NCBI GenBank assembly: GCA_028826165.1
Contig: JAPDFW010000060.1
Span: forward strand, 310,001 to 374,000
Direction of reading: 5' to 3'
From: Anaeramoeba ignava BMAN
Taxonomy: Eukaryota; Protista; Anaeramoebae
DNA length: 64,000 bases
Position numbers and translations under genes: made by a program. The notes beneath the pieces are model-generated. The model did no database searches. It was given only the letters and a program-made list of their open reading frames with translations, and was not told where the DNA came from. Positions 39,957 to 52,800 of this stretch are shown here, in pieces. Every line of letters starts with the position of its first letter. Position 1 is the stretch's first letter.

Positions 39957-42788
39957 TCACTGATCATCTTTCAAAACTGAATAATCCATTGAAATTTCTC
40001 CTTCTTTATTCTTTTTTTTCTTTTTTTTCCTTATCAAAACAATCATCAAAATAATTCCAACAATAACAACAACTGGAATAACTGTTGAACAAACAATTAT
40101 AACTGTTTTTGAATTTGAAGATTGTGAAGAAGTTAGTTGATTTCCAATTTGAATTGAAGAAATATCACCACATATTTGATTTGAATCACAAGCTGAAACA
40201 TTAATTTGATAAATTTGATTTGAATATTGTGCTGTAAAATTTTGAGAAGTTAAATTTGTATCAAAACTTCCATTATCATTTTCTGAAATTGCTTGATAAG
40301 TAAAATTATAATAAGAAGGATTAATTGAATCATTTGGTTTATCCCAATAACATGAAATATCAAATGAATTGGAAATTAAACATTGAAGATTTAAAACAGG
40401 CCCAAATTTTCCTGATGTGATTTGAATTGAAGAAATATTACCACATATTTCATTTGAATCACAAGCTGAAACATTAATTTGATAAATTTGATTTGAATAT
40501 TGTGCTGTAAAATTTTGAGAAGTTGAATTTGTATCAAAACTTCCATTATCATTTTTTGAAATTGCTTGATAAGTAAAATTATAATAAGAAGGATTAATTG
40601 AATCATTTGGTTTATCCCAATAACATGAAATAGAATAAATGTTAGAAATTGAACATTGAAGATTTAAAACAGGTCCAAATTTTTCTGATGTAATTTGAAT
40701 TGAAGAAATATTACCACATATTTCATTTGAATCACAAGCTGAAACATTAATTTGATAAATTTGATTTGAATATTGTGCTGTGAAATTTTGAGAAGTTAAA
40801 TTTGTATCAAAACTTCCATTATCATTTTCTGAAATTGCTTGATAAGTAAAATTATAATAAGAAGGATTAATTGAATCATTTGGTTTATTCCAATAACATG
40901 AAATATCAAATGAATTGGAAATTAAACATTGAAGATTTAAAACAGGTCCAAATTTTGTGAAAATTGTTGTTGAAACAATTTCTCCTTGATAATTTTTTAA
41001 ACATTCATAAGTTTCACATCCACATATTGAAATTGAATAATTCGATAATGAATCTAATTCAGTTAATTCATATGAAGTTGATGAATTAGAAATTGAAACA
41101 TTTTTAGTTTCATTTGAATCTTGTTTTTGATAAAAAAGAAGATAATGATCTAATTTTGGAATAGAATTTATTATAGGAACATTAGGTGGATTCCATGAAA
41201 TCATCACTGATGTTGTTGTTAATGATTCAACTGTAAAATTCTTAACTGAATCAATTCTTGTTGTTAAAGAACATGAACCTGAACTTTCTCCACAAATTTG
41301 AGATGAGGAATTACAAATTCTTATTTGAATATTATAATAGACATTTCCTGTAATATTAGGATAAATTGATGAATTGAAAATTTGAAAGAAAATATTATCA
41401 ATAAGAATTGGAGATTGAATTGTTTCCCATTGTTCATTATTAATATAATTATAATTGATTTGATATTCAATATCAGAAGTTATTGGAAGAATTTCATTCC
41501 AATAACAATCAAATGAAGAAAATAAAGAACTACAATTCAAAAGATTAACTTGATCATAAACAAATTCATAAATATAAACACCTCCCACACTATCAAATCC
41601 ATCATAATTCAAAAGAGGGGAACCAACTGCAGAAATATCTCCTGAAATTGATACTGCTTCACCAAACCCATCAACTGGATTTTGTGGAAACCATTGTTTT
41701 TCTTGATTCCATCCACTTCCATTATTTTGAAACAAATATGTGGTGTTTCCATTAGAATCTGAACCAGGATCTCCAACAAGTAAATTATTTTGAGAAATTG
41801 AAACACTTAATCCAAAACAACATTTACCTGATGGATTATTTGGAATGATAGTTTGATTATTCCAATTAGAACCATTGTAATGAAAAACATATGCTTTCCC
41901 TTGGAAATTTGAATTTCCAGAAACACCCATAACAAAAGTTGTTGCATCTTCGGAAATTGATACAGCACCTCCACAATCACCATACTCTTCCCTTCCATTT
42001 ACAGTAAAGTTCTCTTCTTCATTCCAATATGTTCCATTTGATTGAAAAATATGAGCTGTGAATTGTTCAGAACTAGATTGTCCAGATTTAATTACAATAA
42101 GAGAAGAATCTTTTGAAATTGATAAACTTTCTCCAAATTGATCATTTGCTTGTCCATTTGTTGCTGTTAAAGTAGGTTTTTCTTGCCAAATTGTTCCATC
42201 ATCATTCCCTTCCCAAACATATACTTTTCCTTGTTCTGAATTTCCATTCACTGTTGCATAAGGAGAACCAATCAGAATAACTCTTTCTGAAATAGAAACA
42301 CTATATCCAAAGCAATCTCCAGCTTGTCCATCACTTGCAGTTAATTCTTTTGTTTGAATCCATTCATTTCCACTTTTTGTAAATACATAAGCTTTGCCTT
42401 GTTTAACATTTCCAGAAACAGTTGCTTCAGGAACACCAACAACAATAACAGAAGAATCTTGAGAAATTGAAATACTGTATCCAAATCTATCATTATTTTC
42501 ATTGTTATTATTAGGAAGTTGAGCTGTTTGAATCCAATTATAATTTTGTTTCTCAAATACATAAGCTCTTCCAGGATGAGAATTGTAAAAATTAGATGGA
42601 GATCCTATTGCCATAATATTATTGGAAATTGAAATACTGTTCCCAAATGTAATTTCAGTGGCTGGATTATTTGGATAAATAATTTGTTTTTGATCCCATT
42701 GATTTCCAACTGTTTTTAACTCATAATTATTGGAAATTTGTTTTGTTAAAAGAAAAATAATCAAAATAATTGCAAATAATTTGATCAT
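39957..42788 (-). CDS. FG-GAP/FN3 type I membrane protein (paralog 2)
   Basis: 943-aa ORF, tandem duplicate of 35868-38687 including the flanks. Confidence 0.9.
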   Translation of the reverse strand: MIKLFAIILIIFLLTKQISNNYELKTVGNQWDQKQIIYPNNPATEITFGNSISISNNIMAIGSPSNFYNSHPGRAYVFEKQNYNWIQTAQLPNNNNENNDRFGYSISISQDSSVIVVGVPEATVSGNVKQGKAYVFTKSGNEWIQTKELTASDGQAGDCFGYSVSISERVILIGSPYATVNGNSEQGKVYVWEGNDDGTIWQEKPTLTATNGQANDQFGESLSISKDSSLIVIKSGQSSSEQFTAHIFQSNGTYWNEEENFTVNGREEYGDCGGAVSISEDATTFVMGVSGNSNFQGKAYVFHYNGSNWNNQTIIPNNPSGKCCFGLSVSISQNNLLVGDPGSDSNGNTTYLFQNNGSGWNQEKQWFPQNPVDGFGEAVSISGDISAVGSPLLNYDGFDSVGGVYIYEFVYDQVNLLNCSSLFSSFDCYWNEILPITSDIEYQINYNYINNEQWETIQSPILIDNIFFQIFNSSIYPNITGNVYYNIQIRICNSSSQICGESSGSCSLTTRIDSVKNFTVESLTTTSVMISWNPPNVPIINSIPKLDHYLLFYQKQDSNETKNVSISNSSTSYELTELDSLSNYSISICGCETYECLKNYQGEIVSTTIFTKFGPVLNLQCLISNSFDISCYWNKPNDSINPSYYNFTYQAISENDNGSFDTNLTSQNFTAQYSNQIYQINVSACDSNEICGNISSIQITSEKFGPVLNLQCSISNIYSISCYWDKPNDSINPSYYNFTYQAISKNDNGSFDTNSTSQNFTAQYSNQIYQINVSACDSNEICGNISSIQITSGKFGPVLNLQCLISNSFDISCYWDKPNDSINPSYYNFTYQAISENDNGSFDTNLTSQNFTAQYSNQIYQINVSACDSNQICGDISSIQIGNQLTSSQSSNSKTVIIVCSTVIPVVVIVGIILMIVLIRKKKKKKNKEGEISMDYSVLKDDQ

Positions 42789-42949
42789 CTTTTTTAAAAA
42801 AAGAAAAAAAATGAAAAAAAAAGAATAAAATTTTGTTTTTTGTTTTTTTTTAATTAAATTTTCTTTCCACGTGTGTCCAATTTTATTTTTCCTCTTTTTT
42901 TTTATTCAAATAAAAATTAATAAAAATTAAATTAAATGATCAACAAAGT

Positions 42950-43345
42950 TTTTTAAAATCATTTCTTAATTAATTTTATTACAAAATAATAAATTAATTA
43001 TAATTAAAAATTAAATTAAATAATAAATAAAATATTTTAATTAATTTATTTCATTATTTTTAATCATAATTAATTTAATATTAATAATAAATTCTTTTTT
43101 AAAATTATTTTTTAATTAATTTTATTACAAAATAATAAATAAATTATTATTAAAAATTAAATAAAATATTTATTCAATTTTTGTTTCAAATTTATTTCTT
43201 TATTTTTAATAATAATAATTTAATATTAATAATAAATTCTTTTTTAAAATTATTTCTTAATTAATTTTATTGTAAAATAATAAATTAATTATTATTACAA
43301 ATTAAGTAAATTAATAAATAAAATATTTTAATTAATTTATTTCTT
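42950..43345. repeat. AT-rich ~120 bp satellite array
   Basis: Same unit. Confidence 0.85.
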
Positions 43346-43532
43346 TTTTTTGATTTGAAAAAAAGGCAAAAAAAAATAAAAGAATTGGGAAAAATAAAAA
43401 AGAAGAAATGATTTGATTTGTTTTTGTTTCGTTTGTTCAAAAACTCAAAGCTGAAAACAGTTTATTTGAGTTTTATCATATAAACTGACAAAAGCAAATC
43501 AGAAAGATTCAATAAAAGAGGAATTAGTTATT

Positions 43533-43721
43533 TCATTTTTTTGGACAAGGACATCCATTAAAATTAAATCGATCTTGTTTTGGGATTTGTTTAACTGGCT
43601 TCCAACCATGCTCACAAAAGAAATCAGACATATATTTACTTGGGCTTCCGTCTTTGTGCGTTTTATATGTGTGAATTACATTATCTCCTCCATAGCATTT
43701 GACTTCTTTCTTTCCAGACAT
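43533..43721 (-). CDS. Small 62-aa Cys/His-containing hypothetical protein
   Basis: ATG-initiated, non-repetitive, higher GC than its flanks, four Cys (C...CEH...CPC). No family recognised. Confidence 0.45.
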   Translation of the reverse strand: MSGKKEVKCYGGDNVIHTYKTHKDGSPSKYMSDFFCEHGWKPVKQIPKQDRFNFNGCPCPKK

Positions 43722-43883
43722 AAAATAAGATCAAAAATAAAATGATTGTTTTAAAAAAATGAAAAAAGAATTTGGAGAAAGGAGTAAATTTTTTTTAGGA
43801 TTGATCAAAAAAGAAAAGGAGAAAAAAAAATTTGAGATTATTTTGGATTAGTTTATTCTTTAATGAATGAGAAAAAAAAACTT

Positions 43884-46800
43884 TTAAAACAATTTTTTGA
43901 GAGAATCTGGAAGTAAATCTTTTGGTGTTGTTCCATCGCGAAACATTGTATCTCCAATTTTCCATTTTCCCTGTATTTTCAAATCGAAATCAGCATTTGT
44001 TCCTTTCAGCAATTTGATCATTTCTTCTGTAACTGATGGATTTCTGCAAAGATAATGTAACGGAGAAAACTAAAAAAAATTTTGGTTTTGAATTAATTTA
44101 TCAAAAAGAAATGATTATTTTTTTGATTAAATTTACAGACTATCGAATTTTGGAAAAAAATAATCAAAAATTTAAATTTTTTTTTTCTTCTTTTTTATTC
44201 ACATTCTAGTTAATTCAATTTAATCCAAATAATCATGGATAAAAGATAAAAAAAATATTCTGTTTTTTCTCTTTCTTTGATCTGTTTTTTTTTTTAGTTT
44301 TACTTGCTATTTGTGATATTGAAAAAAAAGAATTGTATATTAACTTTTTGCATTAAAAAGTGAAAAAATCGAGATTGTTGAGAAATGATTTACAGGCTAT
44401 TGAAAACGAATTCAATAAGAATATTTGGATGGAAAAAAATCAATCAAATTATAAAGAAGTAAAATAATATTTTTAGATTTATAATGAAGAATAGAAATGA
44501 AAACCAAAACTTTGATTTCAATAACAATAATTTTATTTACTTTCTATTAAAAACAAATTTTTTTCGGAATGTTAATTCCAAGAAAAAAGGATAGAAAAAT
44601 GAACAATAAAAAAATTCTAATAGATTTACTGAGACCTAAAAAAAAATTTAAGAATTTCACATTTTATTTGAACAAGAGAAAAAAAAAATTTATTCACAAA
44701 CTAATGAAAAGAAGAAATATTTGCATTTAAAAGAATTTAGAAAAAAAAATTGTATTTACAATCTATTGAACAAAAAATTAAAAAATTGAATCAAATGGCT
44801 TATCAAAATCATGTTGTTTACAAGCTTTTGAGAAGAAAATATATATGAAATCAAAAAAGAAATTTAAAAAAAATGGAATGAAATGATTAAGAAAAAAGCA
44901 TTTTCTTTACGTACTATTTCAAAAGAAAATGGGAAAAGAGATAAAAATGTTATATGAAATTGATTTCACTTTTTCCGAGCAAAAAAATAAATTCAACCCA
45001 ATTCATTCTTTGGTTTCGGCAACTGTCTGTTTTCTAATCAGAAATACTCATTCTATTCGTAGGTTTAGGGAGTTTTTCAAAAAATAAAAAAATTTTCATT
45101 TTCATTTTTTTTCTTCTTTTTGCAATGAATCTACAACCAATCATTTCTCGAATGTTAAAAAAAATTGATGATCTCGATGAGAAAATGCAAAAGAAGTATG
45201 GAACTCCTGTGAAAATAAAAGAAAAAAATACAATTATCTAAAAAAAGCCCAATGAAAATACTTTGGAATTAGGTTTTCATGAAAGAAAATCCTTTAATCC
45301 TAAAAAAAATGTCTAGTTTGCATCTTCCACAATTTAATCAAGTTTATGGAATTGTCAAATCAAGCATCCAACCTTTTTTTCAAAAATCCCAAGAAAAATT
45401 CATTTCAAAAAAGAATGTGTTGTTGATTGTCCTCATTCATCTAAGAAAATATTATATTTTTGAAGATATGGTTAGTTTCTTTGGAATCAGTTTGTCTTCT
45501 CTTCACAAAATCATTCAGGAAAATATGAAAAGAATGGAAAATGCTCTAATTAAATGGCAAATTTATTGTATCTGTAAGATATGTAAGAAAAGAAAAACTT
45601 CTCCAATGTATATTTTTTCGTGAGATTACTTTTCAGGTTAAGAAAGGTCACTCCTTTTTGAAAAGAACTCAAATTAGCCGGGCTAGTTTGTTAACAAAAT
45701 TTCAAGAAGTGATAAAGGAATTTCGCCTAAGGAAAAATGTTGTTGTTCTCAATCTGAGGAAGATCGATCTCACAATTACACAATGTTGGTGTTGAAGATT
45801 CAAAAATTGTTCAATGAAAGAGTGGGGATAGAAATTTGGGTAGTTTATTATCTTATAAAAGACCTAATTTAGAGGTGGAGTTTGAAGTTAATTTCATTCC
45901 CAGACCTAGGACTGAGAAAAAATGGTTTTCAGAGAATGAAGCTAGTAGAGATGCAGGAATCACATTTTTCTCCCCAAATTATGTGGAATTCCATAATCAA
46001 ATTCTTCTCTCTATTACGAATCGGTTACAAGAAATGGAAATTAGAGAAGATAAATTCGCAAGAAAATTAGTGATTCATTTCAAAATCGATCCCTATTCAA
46101 AAAGGAATAACGAAATTGATCAAAACAATAATAAAACAAAGTAGATGGATCAGATCATAAAATGATAATCAAGATAATAAAATATAAGCGTCAGAAAGAC
46201 CAAAACTAGGGGAAATTAAGTATAATAAAGCATTCAAAAAAGATTTAGAAAAGAAATTAAAAAAAAAACGATTTTAACCTTACTAAAAGCACAATGAAAA
46301 AATGCTTCAAAAAACAACAAAATCCCAAAAGAAGAAAATTTTTAAAAAGAAAATAAGGATTATTACAATCTCCTTCAATAAAAAAGAATCCAAAATGAAA
46401 AATTTTCTTTTTTTTTTCTGAATAATAAATTTATTTACAACCTATTTAAGGAAAAATTTCAAGATGAGAAAAATATTATTATCATGAATAAAACAAAGAA
46501 TAATAAATAATATTTATTTGATTTTGGTTTGAGTGAATTAATTTCCAATATTAAAAGTATTGATATTTACAATCTAATTAATAATTCCACATTCCAAAAT
46601 AAGTAATTGACAAATTCATTAAAAATTTCTTTTTTTCGTTTTTTTTTTACTTCTTGGAAATTGAAATTGACTCCTTTATTAATCAAAATCCTAATCATAT
46701 CTATTGTAATTGATGTATTTTGGCATAAAAAATGAAGTGGAGATTGCTAAAAAAATGAAAAGGGAAATTAATTTCGATATTGATTTTGGGAAATTTAAAT

Positions 46801-49800
46801 TTGAATTTACAAACTATTGTTAACGAAAGCATTTTATTTATTTATTAATTTTAGAAAAAGAATTTAAAAATATTTTCAATCTTTGGAAATCAAATTTTCT
46901 ACTCTCTATTTATTTACAAATTATTTTTTTTTGAAACAAAATTCATTTGAATTTAGTGGATCTCGAAACTTTCCAAAATAAATTTACAGACTTATTTTAT
47001 AAAAAAAAAAATATTTCAAACGGATATAAAATTGTTTATATTTCTTTTTCGGATATATGAATTGAATTACTTCCTATTTTAAGTGAAACCAATTTATTTT
47101 GTTTAATAAATAATCTGAAATCAGCATTTTAGTTGAAAATATCTGAAGAGTAGATTAAGAGAAGTATTTTTTCTTCAATTTTTGCCTCCTTCAAATATTG
47201 AAATTCCAAAATAGTAATTTACATCCTATTATAATAAAAAAATAATTTTGAATTTGATTTATATTCCGCACCTTTATATATGTGAATTTCGAATGAGGAA
47301 AAATGATTTGAAAAGAAAAAATTTCATTTTCATTTTTCATTTTCATTTTTTTTCTTCTTTTTGCAATGAATCTACAACTAATAATTTCTTGAATGTTAAA
47401 AAAAATTGATGAACTCGATGAGAAAATGCAAAAGAAGTATGGAACCTCCTGTGAAAATAAAAGAAAAAAAATACAATTATCTAAAAAAAGCCCAATGAAA
47501 ATACTTTGGAATTAGGTTTTCATGAAAGAAAATCCTTTAATCCTAAAAAAAATGTCTAGTTTGCATCTTCCACAATTTAATCAAGTTTATGGAATTGTCA
47601 AATCAAGCATTCAATCTTTTTTTCAAAAATCTCAAGAAAAATTCATTTCAAAAAAGAATGTGTTGTTGATTGTCCTCATTCATCTAAGAAAATATTATAT
47701 TTTTGAAGATATGGTTAGTTTCTTTGGAATCAGTTTGTCTTCTCTTCACAAAATCATTCAGGAAAATATGAAAAGAATGGAAAATGCTCTTTCCAAATGG
47801 CAAATTTATTGGATATCTAAGACACAACAAGAAAATCAAAACAAAACATCAAAATTCCCGATTATTTGGATGAAATTTGTGTTATAGATGCGACCGTTCA
47901 AACATGTCTCAAGCCTAAAAATAATAATGTTCAATCTCTTTATTATTCGGGAAAACATAAATTTCATTGTGTTCAATCCCTGACTATGCATGTCCGCAAT
48001 GGGATATAGATAAGATTTATAATAGAAATTTCAAGCTCTCACCTTGATAAAAGAATTTAGGATTCAAATAACTGATGAAAATTTTGGAAATCAAAACAGA
48101 AAAAAAAAATTCAATCCAAATTATATCAAGTTTCCCAGCAAAATTGTTTGACAAGAAAATGAGCTTGACTTCTGCATGATTAAAAAAAATCATTAATTTG
48201 AATTTTTTTTAGAGAAAAAAAAGCATCAAGAAGAATGAATTTATATATCGCACTCCTCAATTTAGTATCAGTTTATTATATATCCTCCTAAGGTAACACA
48301 ATTCGAGACAAGGATAAAAAATGAGACACAAAAAAAACTCATTTCTCACAATAGTAACGAGTAAGAAAAAATGTCTCAAAAAAGAGCTCAGAAAAGAGTT
48401 AAAAAAATTTTTTGTTATTAATAGAAAAAAATTGAATTTGATCTCCAGAAATAATCCCTTGTAAAAATTGTTTATTTTCAAATATCGCTCATTTATTCAA
48501 GAAGAGTACTTTCTAACAAATATATTTATAAAGACAGGGATATCTTTTGGAAAATTGCTAGAATTTGCCTAAAGAAGATTTAATGAATAAGATCAAATTG
48601 TTTTTTAAACCAATTTTTTTCTTTTTCCATGATTTCCTAATTCTGGTGGTTCAATTTCATATCGTAATCCTATTCATATTTTCTATTTCTATTCTTTTTT
48701 CACAATTTTTTTTCATGAATGATTATTTACATTCTATTTAATAACATTCAAAATTATAATTTCATCAAAATAAATGCTGATAAAAAAATGATTGATTTCA
48801 AGAAATTTCTTCAATAAATTTATTTACCCACTATTAAATAATATTTCGAGGCAAGAAAAATAAAAAAAAGATTATTTTAATAAGATGTGATGAATTCGAA
48901 TTTCACAAAAAAATCCATTTATTTTATTATTCTTCAATAAGATATTTTGAATCTCATCATTTTTTAAGAAATTTCTTTTCTTGAATTTGCTTATTTAATT
49001 CATTTTGGTTTCAATTTCAAATAATTTACTTTCTAATGAAAATTCAAAATTCAAAATCGAAAATCAATTTTTGGTTTTTTTTTGAACAATATTTATGGAA
49101 ATAATCAATATGGATTTATCATTAATTCAAATAAAAGAAAAATTGGCAAATCAATAATATTTTAATAAAATGAGGAAAATTGAATGATTTTTAAGTTTTT
49201 TTTCAATAATATTTTGTTTTTTCTTTGAATTGTTTACAAATTGAATTTGGAAATCAGCTCCATTATCAAGTAATAATTGAATCATTTCTTTTGTGATTGA
49301 ATTATTTCTGCATAAATCATGTGAAGGTGTAAACTTTTTGTTTTTTAGAAATACAAAAAAATTATTTTAACAATTAATAAATTTTAAGAATTTGATTTAA
49401 GTGAAATGAGTGCAAGAAGTTAAAAAAAAGCAATTTCATATTCTCATTTTTATTGTAGCAATTTTCGAAATCAAAATTCCATTTTTCCTTGATTATTTCT
49501 TATTATTAGAAGAAAACTTCCAATAATTGGTATTATGGAAATATTTTTGGAAAAATAACATCTTTTCTATAAATCATATTAATCCAAAATCTTGGGCAAT
49601 TTCTTGAAAAATTTTGAATTATTTATTTTACATTCTAATTATTTAGCAATAAATTAAAATAAATATTTGAATCAAAAAAAAACTTATAGTTGTGATTTTA
49701 AAACGAGGCACATCCGATTAATTTTCTCAAGATGAGTTGTCCAATTTTTTTTGTTTATTTTTTCTATTTTTCTTTTCTTTTTCTCTTTAAGTTTGTTATT

Positions 49801-52800
49801 TGTGAGCTTTTTTACAATAATTTCATTTTAAATTTCTCTATCAATGTTTTCACTTTCTTCGTTGAATTTGGTTTCACATTATCATTTTGATTTCCGTTTG
49901 GTTAATTTTCAAATGCCTGTAAGGAAAATATTAAGGAAATGAATCAAAAAATCTGATCCTTTTTCAATGAATTTGCCTTCTAAATTTAACTTCAACAAAT
50001 TAACTCCCTCCTCTCAAAATCCTGTTGAAAAATCTTTAGAAATTTCTCGATTGAAAAATGAAATCAATAATAAAAACGGTTTAGGTTTGTTTGATGTAAA
50101 TATTCTTTTATTATTTTTTTTTGGATTACAAAAAGTTTTGATTTGAAGAAGGAGGGAAGTTTGAATGATCCTAAAGGATGAAAAAGAAAAAGAAAAAGAA
50201 AAAGAAAAAGAAAGAAGGTTTTTTTATCTTGTTGGAGTATCTGGGTTTGAATTCGTCATACCGCCATATAATCACAACCATAAATAGGTTTTTTTTTAAA
50301 AAATGAATTCTTCGTTTTTTTAAGTTAAATACATACTATTTTTTTTTCATTTGAATTTTTTTTTTACAAAAAGAAATTAGACAAATTCCTAAAAAATAAT
50401 GAAAAAAAAATGAAATGATAGTTTACAGTCTATATTTCAATGATATTTTTTTTGGTAAATAAAAATTAGAATGATTATAATGCTAAGAATAATTTAAATT
50501 TAATAGTTTTGTTTGTTTTTTGTTTCGGGTTTTTACTTTCTGTTGAAAAATTTTGAAAATTAAATTATTGTAAAAATATAATAAAAAAAGAAAATGATTT
50601 GAAAAAATGAATATCATACATCCTATTTTAATCCAAAATAAAAACAGGTGTTTAGTTGATTAAATTCATAAATAATCTTTTTTCTGATTGAAATTTATTC
50701 TTTTACTTTCTATATTTTTTAAAATGAGTTTTTTTGAGAGTTTTAAAAAGGACAGAAAATTTAATCCATTTATTTTTGATATTGAGTTTTACTTTCTAAA
50801 AAATGTGGGAAAAAGTTTAATTTGAATTTTGGTATCAACAAAAAATTTTATAAGGAAATTAGCGAGGCATATAATAAATGGGAAAGGAAATAAATTGAAC
50901 GAAGATGATAAAAATTTGTAGTTTTTGTATTTAATTTGTAATTGATAATTTTTTCAAAAACAAGAAAAAAAATTATTTTCATTATTTACAAACTATGTTA
51001 AGTAAAAAGAAAAAAGAAAAAAGAAAAAATGTTAAATCCGAAAATTTTCTTTTTCAAAATGAATGTTTATTTACAATCTATTTCCGAAAAAATAAAATTT
51101 GGAAGGTTGTTTAATAAATTTTGTTTTGTTTTTGAATTGTTGGAAATCAAGATGTAAAAAAAGAGAAAGACAAAATGAGTTTAAATTTCTCCCATTTCCA
51201 ATGTTTCTTTTCTCTAGAGATTCATGGATAGGTGGATATCTTTTAAGAAAATTCTTTGAGAAGTAAATATTTCTTGCTTCTCATATTATTCCAAAAAAGG
51301 AAATTTGGAAATAATTGCATTTTCTTGAAGAAAATATTCAAAAATGCTTCAAATATGTTTTACATCTTGAACTTCCTTAAAAATATGGAATAAATCAGTA
51401 ATTTAATTTATATTAATATTTTACAGGCTTTTTTTATGATTAAGAAAGCAATAATTTAAATAAATCGCTTTAACAAAAATGGAAAAATAGTGAATTATAT
51501 AAAATTTACTGCCTATTATTGGATTTATGTTCAAAAAAATATTAAAATCATAACAATGTAAGTTTGAAATCATTTTTTTTTTCTTTTGGAAAATCCTACT
51601 CTCTATTATTTATTAATTCATTTATTTAAATAAATTTGAATATTTTGATGTTTTAAAAGAAACAGAGAATAAAAAACAGAATTCATTTCAATGTTTTTTT
51701 CAGTAATTTTATCTGTAAAAAAAATTAAAAATATTCTCAAAAAAAAGGAAAGAAAAAAAAATTTACTCCACTTAAATTAAAATTAGCTCCATTATCAACT
51801 ACTAATTTAATCATATCAAACGTTATGAATTTATTCCTGCATAGATAATGAACTGGTGACCACTTTTTGTTTTGAAAGAGAGAAGAAAATAGCAATAAGA
51901 ATTTTCTGGAATTGTGTTTTTAATATTCAGAAAAATTACATTCTAAAATTTTTTGATTTTTTTTGAAATATTTTATCATATCAATATTTGGAAATGATTT
52001 TTTGTTCGCTCTTAATTTTTTAAAAAAAAAAGCAAATTCATTTTACATACTATTTTAGAGAAAAAAATTAATCATGAAAAAAGAAATTTTTTTTGTTGTT
52101 TTTTTACTTTCTATTTCAGTAATTTAAAATCAGAAAGAAAAATGGAATATAAGCGATATATTTTTTTTGCAATTAATAAAAATTATCTAATTTTAATTTA
52201 TAAGAAATTTTGGAAATGGAATTCATTTTACATCTTGTTTATTCCAATCAATTTGTGATCGAATAAAATGATTAAAAAGATACATATTAATTGGTTCCTT
52301 AGTTGCAAAATAATGCGATAAAGTTGCTTGTTTATCCTTGATTTGTTTAACGTTGAGTTTAAGTGAATAAACAAAAAAACAAAGTTTGGTTTTTGGGAAT
52401 TGTTTGTTGATTGAATGAAAAAATCAAACCATCTTTTTCTAAATTTCCAAAAAAAAAATATTTAATAAAAAATTAGCTTCGAATTTTCTCTTTTTTTCAG
52501 AAGAAAAAAAAATTACAAATTTTGATTGATCAAATTCCTCCTGAAACATTTTTAATTCTTCTTGAAAATCAAGAGTATCTAAGTTCAAATGAGGAAATGG
52601 ATGTGAAATTTGGTTTGTGTGTTTTGATCTTTTTTTTGATTTTTTTTTTGATTTTTTTCTCGATTCTTCAACAAATTTGAAGTATTTGAGTGGAACTCGT
52701 CCTGTTTTTCTATTGAGGATGGCATCACCCCATCCATCTTGATGTTTCGCAGTTATTTTTAGTTTATCTCCTTGTGAAAATGATAATTCTGATGAATCTC

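Larger units (their letters stand above)
44137..52110 (-). other. Gene C microexon arrays, 34 three-nt microexons plus one 6-nt microexon in 4 arrays
   Basis: Transcript order: K52108 Y52047 N51940; R51600 A51510 P51425 I51075 F50990 K50793 K50707 D50620 K50537 T50427 Y50333 N49632; K49030 W48828 N48731 D47223 E47071 S46988 R46903 F46811; I46571 V46439 Y44911 L44822 I44760 F44698 VS44630-44635 K44541 P44394 Q44304 N44203 S44137. Confidence 0.8.

Noticed and set aside
48508-48514. AG-AAA-GT candidate microexon inside the 47280-48700 insertion
   Set aside because: It lies within transposon-derived sequence with an atypical donor context, so it was not counted.
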